Below the pieces are notes generated by a model. It saw nothing but the letters and a program-made list of their open reading frames with translations, was not told the DNA's origin and searched no databases. Of a stretch of 64,000 bases of DNA, positions 50,201 through 56,183 are shown piece after piece. The translations under genes and the position numbers were made by a program. The stretch lies in IMG/VR virus record IMGVR_UViG_3300047550_004303, one strand, 5' to 3'. Position 1 is the stretch's first letter, and every line of letters begins with the position of its first letter. The stretch is from a virus. Its lineage: Duplodnaviria > Heunggongvirae > Uroviricota > Caudoviricetes.

Positions 50201-52303
50201 AACTGCAAAAGTTCCAGTAATTTGATCGGTATCAATTGTTACTGTGGTACTTTGAGGAATCCACGTAAATGCATATGACCCACTAAAAGTTATATCAGTA
50301 AATGAACTTCCATTTTCTGTTGCTGAAAGTTTGAAATCAGTTCCATCAATTACTTCAACAATATAATAGGTAGTATTTGATGCTAATGGTGAAGGCATAG
50401 CAACAGTAAACTTTACGATGTCACCAACATTGAATCCTGTAGTGCTGTCACAAACAAATACAGTTTCAGTATTTGTAATTGACTCATCTGCCGCTGATGT
50501 ACAAGTTCTACTTGGTGTATAATTAGTTGAACTTATAGTTGCTGTTGCGGTAGTATATACGTTTACATCTGGGTAGTACCATGGTTGACCAACTACTTCT
50601 CCGAATGCATCTGTTGTTCTAGTATCTATAAAATCTACGAATTGTTTACCTTCTATACCAGAATCAAACAATTTCAAATTAGGATAGTATTCAATAATTG
50701 GGCGTTTGGCTTTGTTTCGTACATTGCCAAATGTATCAACAATTGCTGGATCATTATTAAAAAATGCTGAAGTTTTTATTACTTCAATATGAAACCAACG
50801 ATTGCTTCTTGACCATGCATTTTTGTCTATGCTATTTCTAGCAATAGTAATGTAGTCAGGAGTCACTGGTACATTAGAAGCACCATCAAATGGTGTAGTG
50901 TCGAATGGCGTAACATCGAACCCAATATCAATAGTAGAGGTATAAGTTTCTGGTGTTACTAACGAAGATGTAGACAAAAGTTGAATAGCTGTGCCTACAT
51001 TCTCTACATAATATTCACCTGTCTTATAACTTTCTGGAACTATATTTCCAGTGAACTTTACTTTCAAACCATTAGTAAACTGTATTCCAGTTTCAGATGT
51101 ATATTGAGTTTGTCCTAAAATTTCAGTTTCAACATTAATGTAGTTGATTTCATTTGATTCTATTAACTTGATTATACCTACTTTGTCTGCATCAAATTCA
51201 TCTTGGTAATAAATAATATCCAAATCTGCACTTAAGTATGGAATTAATTCAACTGGTCCAGTTGGATCCTTGTAAAAACTTCTATCACCATAAGTTTCAC
51301 CATACAATACATTGATGGTAGTATCAACAGGTATTACAGTCCCTGCAGTAAGATTTATGATAGGATCATTAGTAGGACCAGACAATGATATTGTGTAGAA
51401 ATTATTAACTAGTTCATCATTATATAGAAGCAATGATAGTCCATTCAATGAAGTTATACCATCAAGTCCACCTATTGATGAAACTGTTTGTCCATCAATC
51501 TCACTAAATGTTAATGTGCTTACTATATCAACTGTAGTTGAATTCTCAAATTTGTATTGGTCTTGTGCTGTTATTAATGGTACATTAAAAGTAATAGTAC
51601 CTTGAGAAATTCCGTTGTTAGTTACTCCCAATACATCTCTAGTTTGAATGTTAGGGTTTGTAGGGTCAATACCAGTTAAGCCAGGTTGACCTTGAATATA
51701 AAATTTACTAGTTTGGTTTACAGTAAAAGTATATGTTCCGCCTCTTATCAAAGTGATAGTTGGGTTTTTACCAGCAATTACCGGGCTACTGGTTAGGTCA
51801 AGATTATAGTAAGTAGGATAATTTATTACATCATAATCACCTACCATATACACAATGTTAGGGGTAACTGTAACTACTGGTGGACCTTCAGGTAACCAAT
51901 AATATTGATTATAGTTGATAACCATGTCTAGGTTAACAAAAGAATCCCAAGAATAGAATTGACTTTCAAACAATCTTGAATTGTTATCAGTAATAGCTCC
52001 TTCTAATTTAAGAGCATCAATAAAGCCAGGATAACTAATAAAGTCTTTTGCCGTAGTTAAGTTGTCTTTAGTAAAAACAATACTAGGGTCTAACTGATAA
52101 TCAGTTCTAGTTTTATTGGGTTCGGTAACGTAATAAGAATTAGCATTAACCCCATATCCTAATTTGCTACCCACATAACCCTGAATTTTCTTTAAATTGG
52201 GTTGAGCAACTAATTGATCCAGTGTTGCATTTAAAAATTGAGAATTTGTAGGTGTTTGAAATATTTCTGGGAGAAAATTTAATGTTCTTATTCTTGTTGC
52301 CAT
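35270..52303 (-). CDS. Giant (5677 aa) virion structural protein at the gp7-like position after the gp6-like wedge; contains an FG-GAP-like propeller and about 10 repeated beta modules
   Basis: Uninterrupted 17-kb ORF directly downstream of the gp6-like gene; seven FG-GAP-like blades (about 43200-45275); repeated modules ending in YY[V/I]...F[T/K][I/L]S. Confidence 0.7.
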   Translation of the reverse strand: MATRIRTLNFLPEIFQTPTNSQFLNATLDQLVAQPNLKKIQGYVGSKLGYGVNANSYYVTEPNKTRTDYQLDPSIVFTKDNLTTAKDFISYPGFIDALKLEGAITDNNSRLFESQFYSWDSFVNLDMVINYNQYYWLPEGPPVVTVTPNIVYMVGDYDVINYPTYYNLDLTSSPVIAGKNPTITLIRGGTYTFTVNQTSKFYIQGQPGLTGIDPTNPNIQTRDVLGVTNNGISQGTITFNVPLITAQDQYKFENSTTVDIVSTLTFSEIDGQTVSSIGGLDGITSLNGLSLLLYNDELVNNFYTISLSGPTNDPIINLTAGTVIPVDTTINVLYGETYGDRSFYKDPTGPVELIPYLSADLDIIYYQDEFDADKVGIIKLIESNEINYINVETEILGQTQYTSETGIQFTNGLKVKFTGNIVPESYKTGEYYVENVGTAIQLLSTSSLVTPETYTSTIDIGFDVTPFDTTPFDGASNVPVTPDYITIARNSIDKNAWSRSNRWFHIEVIKTSAFFNNDPAIVDTFGNVRNKAKRPIIEYYPNLKLFDSGIEGKQFVDFIDTRTTDAFGEVVGQPWYYPDVNVYTTATATISSTNYTPSRTCTSAADESITNTETVFVCDSTTGFNVGDIVKFTVAMPSPLASNTTYYIVEVIDGTDFKLSATENGSSFTDITFSGSYAFTWIPQSTTVTIDTDQITGTFAVDQYITDNLKVLPTNTTISALSTVGSTLYITVSWNQTTGVYFDAESNISLVSTFTNLDNFALFDGAKIVFTNDENQKDKIYVVNFYTPPSEVVPVIALTLDQNGTVLPEQQTVAIRGALNINKQFYYNGLIWDVGQTKTTVNQYPLFDILDIDGNSFGDKTIYPSSDFAGNKLFRYSVGSGPIDSVLGFALDYSSIENVGDIKFDVSINIDSFNYTNGTTPITQQVNTGYVYKYNSLTDFTRELGWQTAVSPSIQYQVFQFNYYVNNPTTTFELDVAKVADSFTNWPTIQVLVNNQILSVDQYQVTVGTDTTIVTLTDVSIVTDNIIQILVVSEQISKVAYYSIPINLSNNPFNKDIQFVNLGDIRGQYQSIFYNNVNTTGDVFGSNNYRDLGNMVPYGTKIIQNSASLAALGAQLRSPAHNLINSISYSSNEYVKFKNLLVDLVEKSDFEQRYDPAFMLDNALDQITSAKDKSLPFFWSDMLPSKSPYVSNSYTFSSTLSTGVFPLSQIYNFQTANYNGILVYLTRSVSGIRKITQLIINQDYTVSETANSLSVTITLQPNDVITINEYNQTYGSFVPNTPTKLGLYPSTIPSVVLDPNFQNPTYFIQGHDGSYNKLYGAYNAETEILEDFRDQVLLEFEKRIYNNLKLSSALPINLYDFIPGNFRTTEYSYEEFMSMYSVNFLNWIGQNRLDYRTQYYNVNNKFTYNYYQSGNKLTGAPLIQGYWRGLFEYFFDTSTPDTTPWEMLGFTNEPDWWQSRYGSAPYTSDNLVLWEDLSNGINYNNGNPVVLPEFVRPGLLQIIPVDGAGNVVAPLYNIVGVYDSKLFQRDWKIGDVSPVELSYRRSSTYPFDLIKMLALMKPAQFYNLAIDLDNYQYNEEFNQYLVNNRKHLILNEVQIYGSGTAKTSYLNWIVDYEKQYGINATENLTTLFKNLDVRLAYRLAGFSDKALLKFFVEKGSPNDNNASLLIPDESFSVLLYENQPFGRILYSGVLVQKVSTGYAVYGNSQLTTYFKTLQPKFDSYVTVTIDALTVKVANTFFEQKENIVPYRTVFNTVQEVSQFLMNYGYYLQKQGMLFDQIENGIHVTWQQMVAEFLYWAQTGWQDGSIVTLNPAARTVLIDKESTVVQPLTLQQVNFVLNQNLYPIKSVDLNVLREQTKFSVTALNEGDAISYGQFNLSNIEHGIVFNNVTIFDDLIYDPITGLRQNRIYLTGKKTAEWNGLLDADGFIYNQDNIQEWQTNRKYTKGEIVTYKNKYYVAINIVPASTTFLENYWIVTDYDKIQKGLLPNSSTRSYESTLYYDTNTANLENDADLLGFSLIGYRPRNYLNAADLSDITQVNVYKNLIKNKGSTNAISAFKGATLPQGGIQYEVYENWAIKTGEFGGVLNNNFVNLRLNQYKLTGNPAIVQLTTGVVSDGVQQAITLNNISNYSRPITNPEILATISPSEPNKVYSDAGYVNYNDVKMSSYFYSGLPVATNTKGNIVPIENFYVRDYVWLANFLESWQVFTPDSLGQVITVNNNLNNTVTITFLNPHNLTQYQPFAVVNFNAAVDGYYIVSAVVDSYRVLVSLTLDPSITQIQARGIGLKLQSQRVNKPSEINDLPLINSEFRKNTVWVDTSTDGSWAVYRKSINYALNETIEYQGSSSFGSAVAYTDNAGYIIGDKDAGKLYRYVFNPISNQYILQVPVITEGSSFGSTIVYSDDIFVVSEPSGTPKVYVYQLVENTISNTLNEIQVISAPGGITDWGSALAISGDKNWIYVSDINNNTVYVYQKSFIPTPAGSFVVGQTYTITSLGTTDFTLLGAPSNTVGVTFVTTGVGTGTGTANKTTYINTNTIDGDALGLTTSGDNFSATLATNYQGDVLVVGAPNQNYNVSVEDYGYAYVFNRYYQNIEVQSASTNNRQMFNLAWTPDTLSKTVTATTSGTNLITLNNTTNLTVNDPIIFTNGVSGTDFVNTNISTNTVYYIASISGSDITIKTARFGGTVVALQTKGSMSGNASAQNDTLFVALNGTLVEDNQYAVVGSQLAYVGSLNAGDIITVNAKEFNYMQRLSNESTPQIGVQFATSMDTNLYASEIIIGAPYQLITQDQEGAVHRFTNAGSKYGTVTGQTSVNLTTTRPLLINGYLVNLPAGNAAAAANVIVGSKITNVTASASNGILTISLVNNSIAPVNQKLILTSTDPDTLTELGFVTYIKTQTITCPHTSNRTQFGFTVKTNEFNSFVASAIVGTRFSSTTFDFTDDENQDNDTIFDNNATQFIDQYPNAGAVYMFDYVSNYNENINDPGKYIYAQSVNSNDQTYGSQPKYGTALDFNNFNVLIGTPDQDDGIVTVYTNSTRLSDWQVYRQSSKVVDIEKIANIQLFSAETNNTLVNMDYIDPLQGKILGAARQNIDFISNADPAGYNSGSNVNGKLVWGATQVGQIWFNTSNVRFVNYHQNNDIAYNSEYWATLFPGSDVAVYSWISSDVLPINYTGPGTVYDFDSYSTQFIINDQGTLTPVYFYWVRNSNIIFINQGKTLADSIIERYIASPKFSGISYFAPLLPDVFALYNSGPYINASDTLLNIGFATGNSDDLTHNQYDLIRSNYADDFLPGVPDTVDGVPISLYDRLLDSFAGLDEEGENVPDINLPKLVQTGILVRPRQSFFYNRLLALKNYIQYTNTVLLQFPITELKQFSLLFTEGAINPSTVDNPEWQGGPLPFYRTQDYWEYANWWATGYSNNTKAAYQVTYYADLSTLTVPFGTIVNVTQNNTVGVETYIYTEVGWIRIGLQNGTIQFSSLLYDYSAGKIGFGDNFFDATPFDSFPSQETRNIIRAINEQIFTDEFSIFRNKSLILLFEYIQSETLENQNYLPWLNKTSLVDVFHTIRELRPIQNLQNDNDQFLEGYIREAKPYHVVIKEFTFRYTGTDVYEGNITDFDLPAQYNTSVDNFVSPQLVYSNPDNVYTYSTTSDIWNDQNYNQWFSNRGLSLSRYENVPITYLSSYLALNTTSMSVKNINSFPVTGTVVIGNEIIQYNNIDRELGLLTELVRGVDGTAIETHIPGDQIYINLPEVLVMESGRNYVEVPDVYALIDTTVFPPPIKPALLQAIMNNGRVIGVEVIDPGKGYMTIPEIIIEPSVTLGFSTTNVSFANDDIAFTSSIDLEINTLQTGDLVQYKVVSGTNIGNLIDGQWYYVNVLQITPNLKIGLYNNIHDCYNNFNRIDLLNLGTGEYQLCMGAKAISVVTSRPTRENKTTIKFDRTSYTSQVTNWEPGGFYSAPFAETFLSSSTIQLESVDPPISNILASFNGSVFSINSVENNEQITYSSFLRSALSTSSSTDSIILDVSSTFENGSGSTVGFFIGMPIQFSGAMIGGLSSTTTYYVHSILGLDEFTVSTIAGGDPLGSPLALTTATASSPLYVSTGQIINTAVVSVNFPNIRNINATTALTNTITVPYTLVGTAGTNGFYTNLPIFFTGTEFGGIKSNQTYYVTTVIDGENFTMSETKDPNIFTLVSTDGASDTVTLEETTDTLEINEPIIFTELQIAGSLVTNFGGIVAGTTYYVIEIVNTTQIKLATSVNGSVVNLTTVASATNTTGKMTSQINTVELTSASGSMLLNMDSPVSSGQLNGQRVTFYTTSSQYVGINPTSETLIEASIRLVKNVTTLTGGIVVLNPTNQYFDDATDNFYVNMPVEFSVNIGSLTAATQYYVVTIDTIEITVTQTIAVTNILVCDTTDLMYVNMPIKFSGFSGIGGVDLNEIYFVKTIVNGTQFTISTTEGGSTLVVANGTGTMVGTGTSYVQVSTTKSGTPATTGNDSVTVSELIQTPTTAPEFSVSYIAGGYRVVITNPGEGYANNNTLVITGNLIGGTTPTNDLTLTVIDIDTDGEILKVICQGNPNDTTNSYYLKAINQTEFMLYEDNMFTIPVSGLTLPYSGIVSTTVASISSPNITLTSGTNFSVNDMVVFTGDITGGNITIGETYYILTKATNTITISTVPGGTTFAVGSPSNQSLSMAKIGSVFVITSPYEFKQSIVKFNNRLYVCIVGNNDDEFISSKWQLIQSDDVRLNALDRIMGYYSPTANMPGLNLTQLVNGIAFPYLTLLNNAFEPSQQFALDSEISDRTFTSTTPTVYDFQGATFAYGYGPEELVPGNITDSLMLQVNTTPGTVWSATEYQHVGYNVVSVELSPESGTQVEYSFNNVVQVPAQISVYLVNGSTNLAERYFDSNYTVDWVNKKIILNSPLTYLPIADRLIVNVYEVGNGNQVVKSCTDINPIITNEDSGDSEIYLDYLYYSIIDFTLQTVYTDPIVYHNGSQLVYGVDYTIEQIVPGDLNNLAKLVFTNSYDVDTDFISYTIFGSSGDASEYGYTVPEYQEFTADGIVSTFSLTNFVGQDNPDNAIVELNGLRLPDTDYTINSITNQLTVSATLNNGDIVGVTSYNNTERQYLNTEYNITGNYVYQIQTINNSITPYTAQQSPTASSAVTNKISFGSTAGMAVNQTIQFLGTAFGNVLTDGTVYFILTVVGNDITISTSLGGSTFDPGTATPSAVVAVVGGQPAVRVTFATATTFAENDRIRIDGVVGSVQLNNNLYYVKKITSSIFDLYNTAYNSGINAINDPVLSVSTYISGGFGWLRDNFLLPSAANATATTASTNIITVNDTSKLVVDTPVYFTQMIISSNPVTTFGNISDGQEYYVREIVSGTQFTISTTRGGDELSLSNATGTMNVTQWEQTNTDRLWVTLNGYKVSTNLLKINNVNELSILTSITNTDTVIITSMMPSATPNQEKFFINVNALNQPLVYRQNPSTVTWLTEDFKFTDETIYVNDVLKLVTITTQVETNISAVSGEYFIGLTADKNIINSVTVYNENTSSYISSSYYTIEVIDLVPTLIIEADPLVINDGQTLTITITEGDTIFINGEQIGFTTINVAANTITGLSRGINTTGTQNLIPKYTKVYGLLNTNKMPENYYDLEWNSYFYNSTEGDPLQISTTDSAIFLRIDSNE

Positions 52304-52304
52304 A

Positions 52305-55300
52305 TTATCTCACTTGTAGTTCTGTGGGGGTTAATGCTGCAATTACTAACACATCGTTTGCTGTTGCTGCATTTACAAAAATTTCATAAGGTAAACATTT
52401 TATTTCATATAAGTCACCAAACGTCATTGTAGGGTCATTTGGTACTAATACAACTGAACTTAATAAATCTCCAATTGAACTATGAAGATAGGCACTTAGT
52501 TCGGAGAAGTAAAAAGTGTCTCCGAAGTTCCAATTGTTTATGTTGAAATAATTATTCATTTCTGTTAGTACTGCACTTCGTATTTCACTGTTACTTGCAT
52601 TAGTTAAACTTGATCTAATCACTTTTATTGTTGCCCTGAGTTTCGGATCAGCTTTTGGTCCAAATAATGGTTTAAACACAACACTATTAGGAATTACACT
52701 GTCACTCAACATCTTATAGTTATTTATTTCACTGTATTCATCGGTTAATTCATTAATCGTTGGTCTAGGTGGCATAGGAACCGTATTAGTTGTATCTTGA
52801 ATATAATTCTGATACTGAGTGTAATACGATTGTGTTACCAAATATAAATCAATTACATTAGTTGTTGCTGGATCAATTCTTGTCGTATTATTACTGTTGT
52901 GTCTATATTGAAATTGTAAACCTTGACGACCATATTGTATTGAATACTGAGGTTGTTCAACTAAGTTATACAATGGAGTAGACACGTTTACATCTTGAAC
53001 AGTAATGTAAAATTTGTTTTCACTGAACGCATAAAATAATTGTCCCAATGGATAATCATACTTTGATTGTTCAATCTGAGTTGTATTTTGAATCTGAACT
53101 ACACTTGAAGTTGGAACTATTTGATATCTTGATAAATTTATTGCGTCTTCAACTAATTCAAAGAATACGTATATTCCAGTATTTGCTGCACCATTTACGT
53201 ACCCAGTAACAGTAGTGAAGAAATCGGGATCAAGTATTACATTTCTATTATTGGTGTCGATTGATGCAACTTGAATTTCAAAATCATTTACATAGCCATC
53301 ACTTTCAACAGTTTGACCAACTACACTTACTTGAACATCTTTGGCTAAAGAATAGTTGCTGTTGTATTGTGTATTAGTAGCAAGTATTCTTACAAAGTCT
53401 TGTAGATTTTTTCCAGAAAAAGGATCATAGATTACTTTATCACGTTCAAAGAAAAATCTAGTTTCGCTTACGCTACCAAAATAATAGACCAATGAACGAT
53501 AACTTATAGTGTATCTATTTTCTCCTATGCTTAAGAAGTTTAAAAACCATCCAGTTGCATCATAAGCACCAACACTCCAACGATCCTGTGCTATAGTTAA
53601 TGAGTTATTAAATATCAAAGAAAAATTTTGATTTAGTTCAATTCTAGTAACACATTCATTAATTATAGTGTTAGAGAATGAATTATCAAATGCGGGCAAA
53701 ACTGTTGTAAGTATTGCTCCTGTAGGGACATATCCATTAACTGTTATAGGTCCTGTTCCATTCGCAAACCCACCTTGTCCATTATTGTAACCGTCTCCTA
53801 TCACATTAAGTATTGAAACCCAAATATATGTAATGTTTGATGGGCCGGCAATACCTGCAACTAATCTGTTATTACTATCAAAATAGTAACCAGTTGGAGC
53901 AATAAATTTTGCCAATGCCCCAGGAGTTATATACTTTGCATTATTAGTTGAATAGGTTCCAACTGGAATAGGAACACTTGTAGTTCCATCTAAATTGTAA
54001 AAGTAACCAGTATTGGAATTAGTATTTACTGTTTTGTTTTGCCAATAAACTGTACCATCACCTGATGAACTGTTGATTGGATACTGTGGATAGTTCTGAA
54101 CATAATACTGATTTGTTTTATTACCTAATAACAATCCATTCAATATATCGGTAAAGAAGGATATAATGTCACCGACATCATTGGCAGTTAAAGTTAAAAA
54201 GCCATTAGTAGTATTTTGCCACAATGCTCCGTCGTCAGCAAAAGAGTTTGTACTTGAATATTTTCCAGTAGGATCTAAAAGGTCTAAGTTTTTACTTACC
54301 CCAATTGAACTTCTATTAATAGCTTTACTCTTAACTATTGAACTATAAAGTGTGTATGGGAAATTATTATAGTCTTCTCCGTTTACCATTCTATTTTGAG
54401 AATAGTATCTTGTTGGGGCACGTTGTTTGATTTCTTCAAGTGGTTCCCTTACTTGTGCGTTTGTTACTGGTACTTGTAATTCTAAACCAAATGTCAATAA
54501 TTCTGTATTTCCATACCTATTTACGTATGAAAAACTTACAGATATTCCCTGCATTTCGCTTGGGTCTATTGTATATGTTAGTGCATTTCCTGAACGTACA
54601 TATGCTCTAAACAATCCAACTGGGATTTGGCTGAACACACCGTCTCCAAACACATAACTAACTTGATCATTGGCTCTTGAATTTACAGAAAATATTTTTC
54701 TATCGCTACTTTCTTTTTGTAGATATGCATTTGCATAAACATTTTCTACTAGTTCCCAAATAGTTCTATCACCATTGTTAACATTCAATTGGTATAGCCA
54801 TGTATCAGTATTGTTGATTCCATCAATGTCAATATCAACTACTTGATTTGCAATTTGTTGATCTAAGTTGAAATCAAAGTTTCTTAAAGAGCCCTGTTTG
54901 AAGTAGAAGAAGAATCCTGTGTTTGGACTACCGAATCCCAATTTGTCATTTCTATAAACTATATTGAATTTTTCAACTGGTGCAGGTGGAATTTCATAGA
55001 TATAATCTTTACCTAAACTTGTAACACTGACCAATTCAAAATTCATATTGGTATTATCTACTACAGAATTGAAGGGCACGATTGGTAATGCATCACTTGG
55101 GATTTTTATTGAGTATTCATCAGTTGTGACACCCAATATTTCTGCCCTATTACCTGGTCTACCTACTTTTTGTGAATCAACTAATGCTGCATTTATGATT
55201 GTGTTAAATTGTTCTAGCCAACTAGTATTGGCTGGATCATTCCATAAAATAGGTAGATTACTTAAATTTACCCCATTCAAATCAGTAATGTTTTGGGTAG

Positions 55301-55673
55301 TTTGGATACTTGTGACTTTTATGTACCCTTGAGAAGCTAAATTTCTTTTTGGAGTATAGCTAACTAAGTTTGCAAGTTTGATAACACTATCTCGTCTGAA
55401 GGCAGTGTCAATAAAATTTTCTCTGGTATTCAGATCGTTTCTGAATGCAAGACCCTGACCCATGAATGCCATTACATCTAGCAAAGCTATAAACTCTGAG
55501 CTTTCTATGTAATCGTTGAATGTTTCAGGGTAATAAAGTTTTAGGTAATCTATGAAAGATTTTCTTAGTGTTTCATAGTCATAGCTTTTAAAGTCAGCCT
55601 CTTTAAAGGTCTGATAAATTGCTTGCCAATCGTTTACACCAAAAATTGCAGTTGATCTTGAACTTGTTGCCAT
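52305..55673 (-). CDS. Baseplate wedge subunit (T4 gp6 / baseplate J-like)
   Basis: FKSYDYETLRKSFIDYL...FIALLDVMAF...ENFIDTA.RRDSVIKLA..VSY.P; EPLEEIKQRAP..Y.SQNRMVNGEDY. Confidence 0.85.
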   Translation of the reverse strand: MATSSRSTAIFGVNDWQAIYQTFKEADFKSYDYETLRKSFIDYLKLYYPETFNDYIESSEFIALLDVMAFMGQGLAFRNDLNTRENFIDTAFRRDSVIKLANLVSYTPKRNLASQGYIKVTSIQTTQNITDLNGVNLSNLPILWNDPANTSWLEQFNTIINAALVDSQKVGRPGNRAEILGVTTDEYSIKIPSDALPIVPFNSVVDNTNMNFELVSVTSLGKDYIYEIPPAPVEKFNIVYRNDKLGFGSPNTGFFFYFKQGSLRNFDFNLDQQIANQVVDIDIDGINNTDTWLYQLNVNNGDRTIWELVENVYANAYLQKESSDRKIFSVNSRANDQVSYVFGDGVFSQIPVGLFRAYVRSGNALTYTIDPSEMQGISVSFSYVNRYGNTELLTFGLELQVPVTNAQVREPLEEIKQRAPTRYYSQNRMVNGEDYNNFPYTLYSSIVKSKAINRSSIGVSKNLDLLDPTGKYSSTNSFADDGALWQNTTNGFLTLTANDVGDIISFFTDILNGLLLGNKTNQYYVQNYPQYPINSSSGDGTVYWQNKTVNTNSNTGYFYNLDGTTSVPIPVGTYSTNNAKYITPGALAKFIAPTGYYFDSNNRLVAGIAGPSNITYIWVSILNVIGDGYNNGQGGFANGTGPITVNGYVPTGAILTTVLPAFDNSFSNTIINECVTRIELNQNFSLIFNNSLTIAQDRWSVGAYDATGWFLNFLSIGENRYTISYRSLVYYFGSVSETRFFFERDKVIYDPFSGKNLQDFVRILATNTQYNSNYSLAKDVQVSVVGQTVESDGYVNDFEIQVASIDTNNRNVILDPDFFTTVTGYVNGAANTGIYVFFELVEDAINLSRYQIVPTSSVVQIQNTTQIEQSKYDYPLGQLFYAFSENKFYITVQDVNVSTPLYNLVEQPQYSIQYGRQGLQFQYRHNSNNTTRIDPATTNVIDLYLVTQSYYTQYQNYIQDTTNTVPMPPRPTINELTDEYSEINNYKMLSDSVIPNSVVFKPLFGPKADPKLRATIKVIRSSLTNASNSEIRSAVLTEMNNYFNINNWNFGDTFYFSELSAYLHSSIGDLLSSVVLVPNDPTMTFGDLYEIKCLPYEIFVNAATANDVLVIAALTPTELQVR

Positions 55674-55691
55674 ACTTTTTCTCTGTTTTTA

Positions 55692-55699
55692 GTATTTAT
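55692..55699 (-). promoter_or_regulatory. Late promoter ATAAATAC
   Basis: Forward-strand gtatttat upstream of the gp6-like ATG. Confidence 0.6.
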
Positions 55700-55720
55700 C
55701 ATACCTAAAACCTTGTTTTT

Positions 55721-56170
55721 TTACTGTAACGTTAATTGGTAAGTATTAATGTTAGCAAAAAGTTGAAGAACTTGTGCTTGATTAAAAGGGGTAACTGCTA
55801 ATTCAACTTCTATCAAAACTCCATTATCTTGGGGATAACATTCTACATAGTTTAGATTTATTCTAGGATCAAGAGAAGCAACTCTTCTTACTTCACTTTT
55901 TATCCTATCTTGAGTAGTACTGTCATTGGGTTCAAATACAAAATTCCATAAAATGGTACCATACTGAGGCTGACCTACTTTTTGACCTTGCTTGATATTC
56001 AATGCGTTTACTAAATCTTGAACAACTATCGCAGAATCAACAAGTTTATATTTTTTACCCGCATTTATAGGTTTAGTTACAGTACCAAATCCACCATTAT
56101 TACCTATATTAGCATTAGTGGTTCTTGGTTTATTTGCGTTGATTGAGCTATACCCTAAATAGTTTGCCAT
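55721..56170 (-). CDS. Baseplate wedge subunit (T4 gp25-like)
   Basis: VQDLVNALNIKQGQKVGQPQYGTILWNFVFEP...DPRINL matches the gp25/GPW family pattern. Confidence 0.85.
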   Translation of the reverse strand: MANYLGYSSINANKPRTTNANIGNNGGFGTVTKPINAGKKYKLVDSAIVVQDLVNALNIKQGQKVGQPQYGTILWNFVFEPNDSTTQDRIKSEVRRVASLDPRINLNYVECYPQDNGVLIEVELAVTPFNQAQVLQLFANINTYQLTLQ

Positions 56171-56175
56171 AACTA

Positions 56176-56183
56176 TATTTATA
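56176..56183 (-). promoter_or_regulatory. T4 consensus late promoter TATAAATA, 5 nt from ATG
   Basis: Minus strand reads TATAAATATAGTT-ATG; overlaps the stop codon of the gp5-like gene. Confidence 0.65.
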
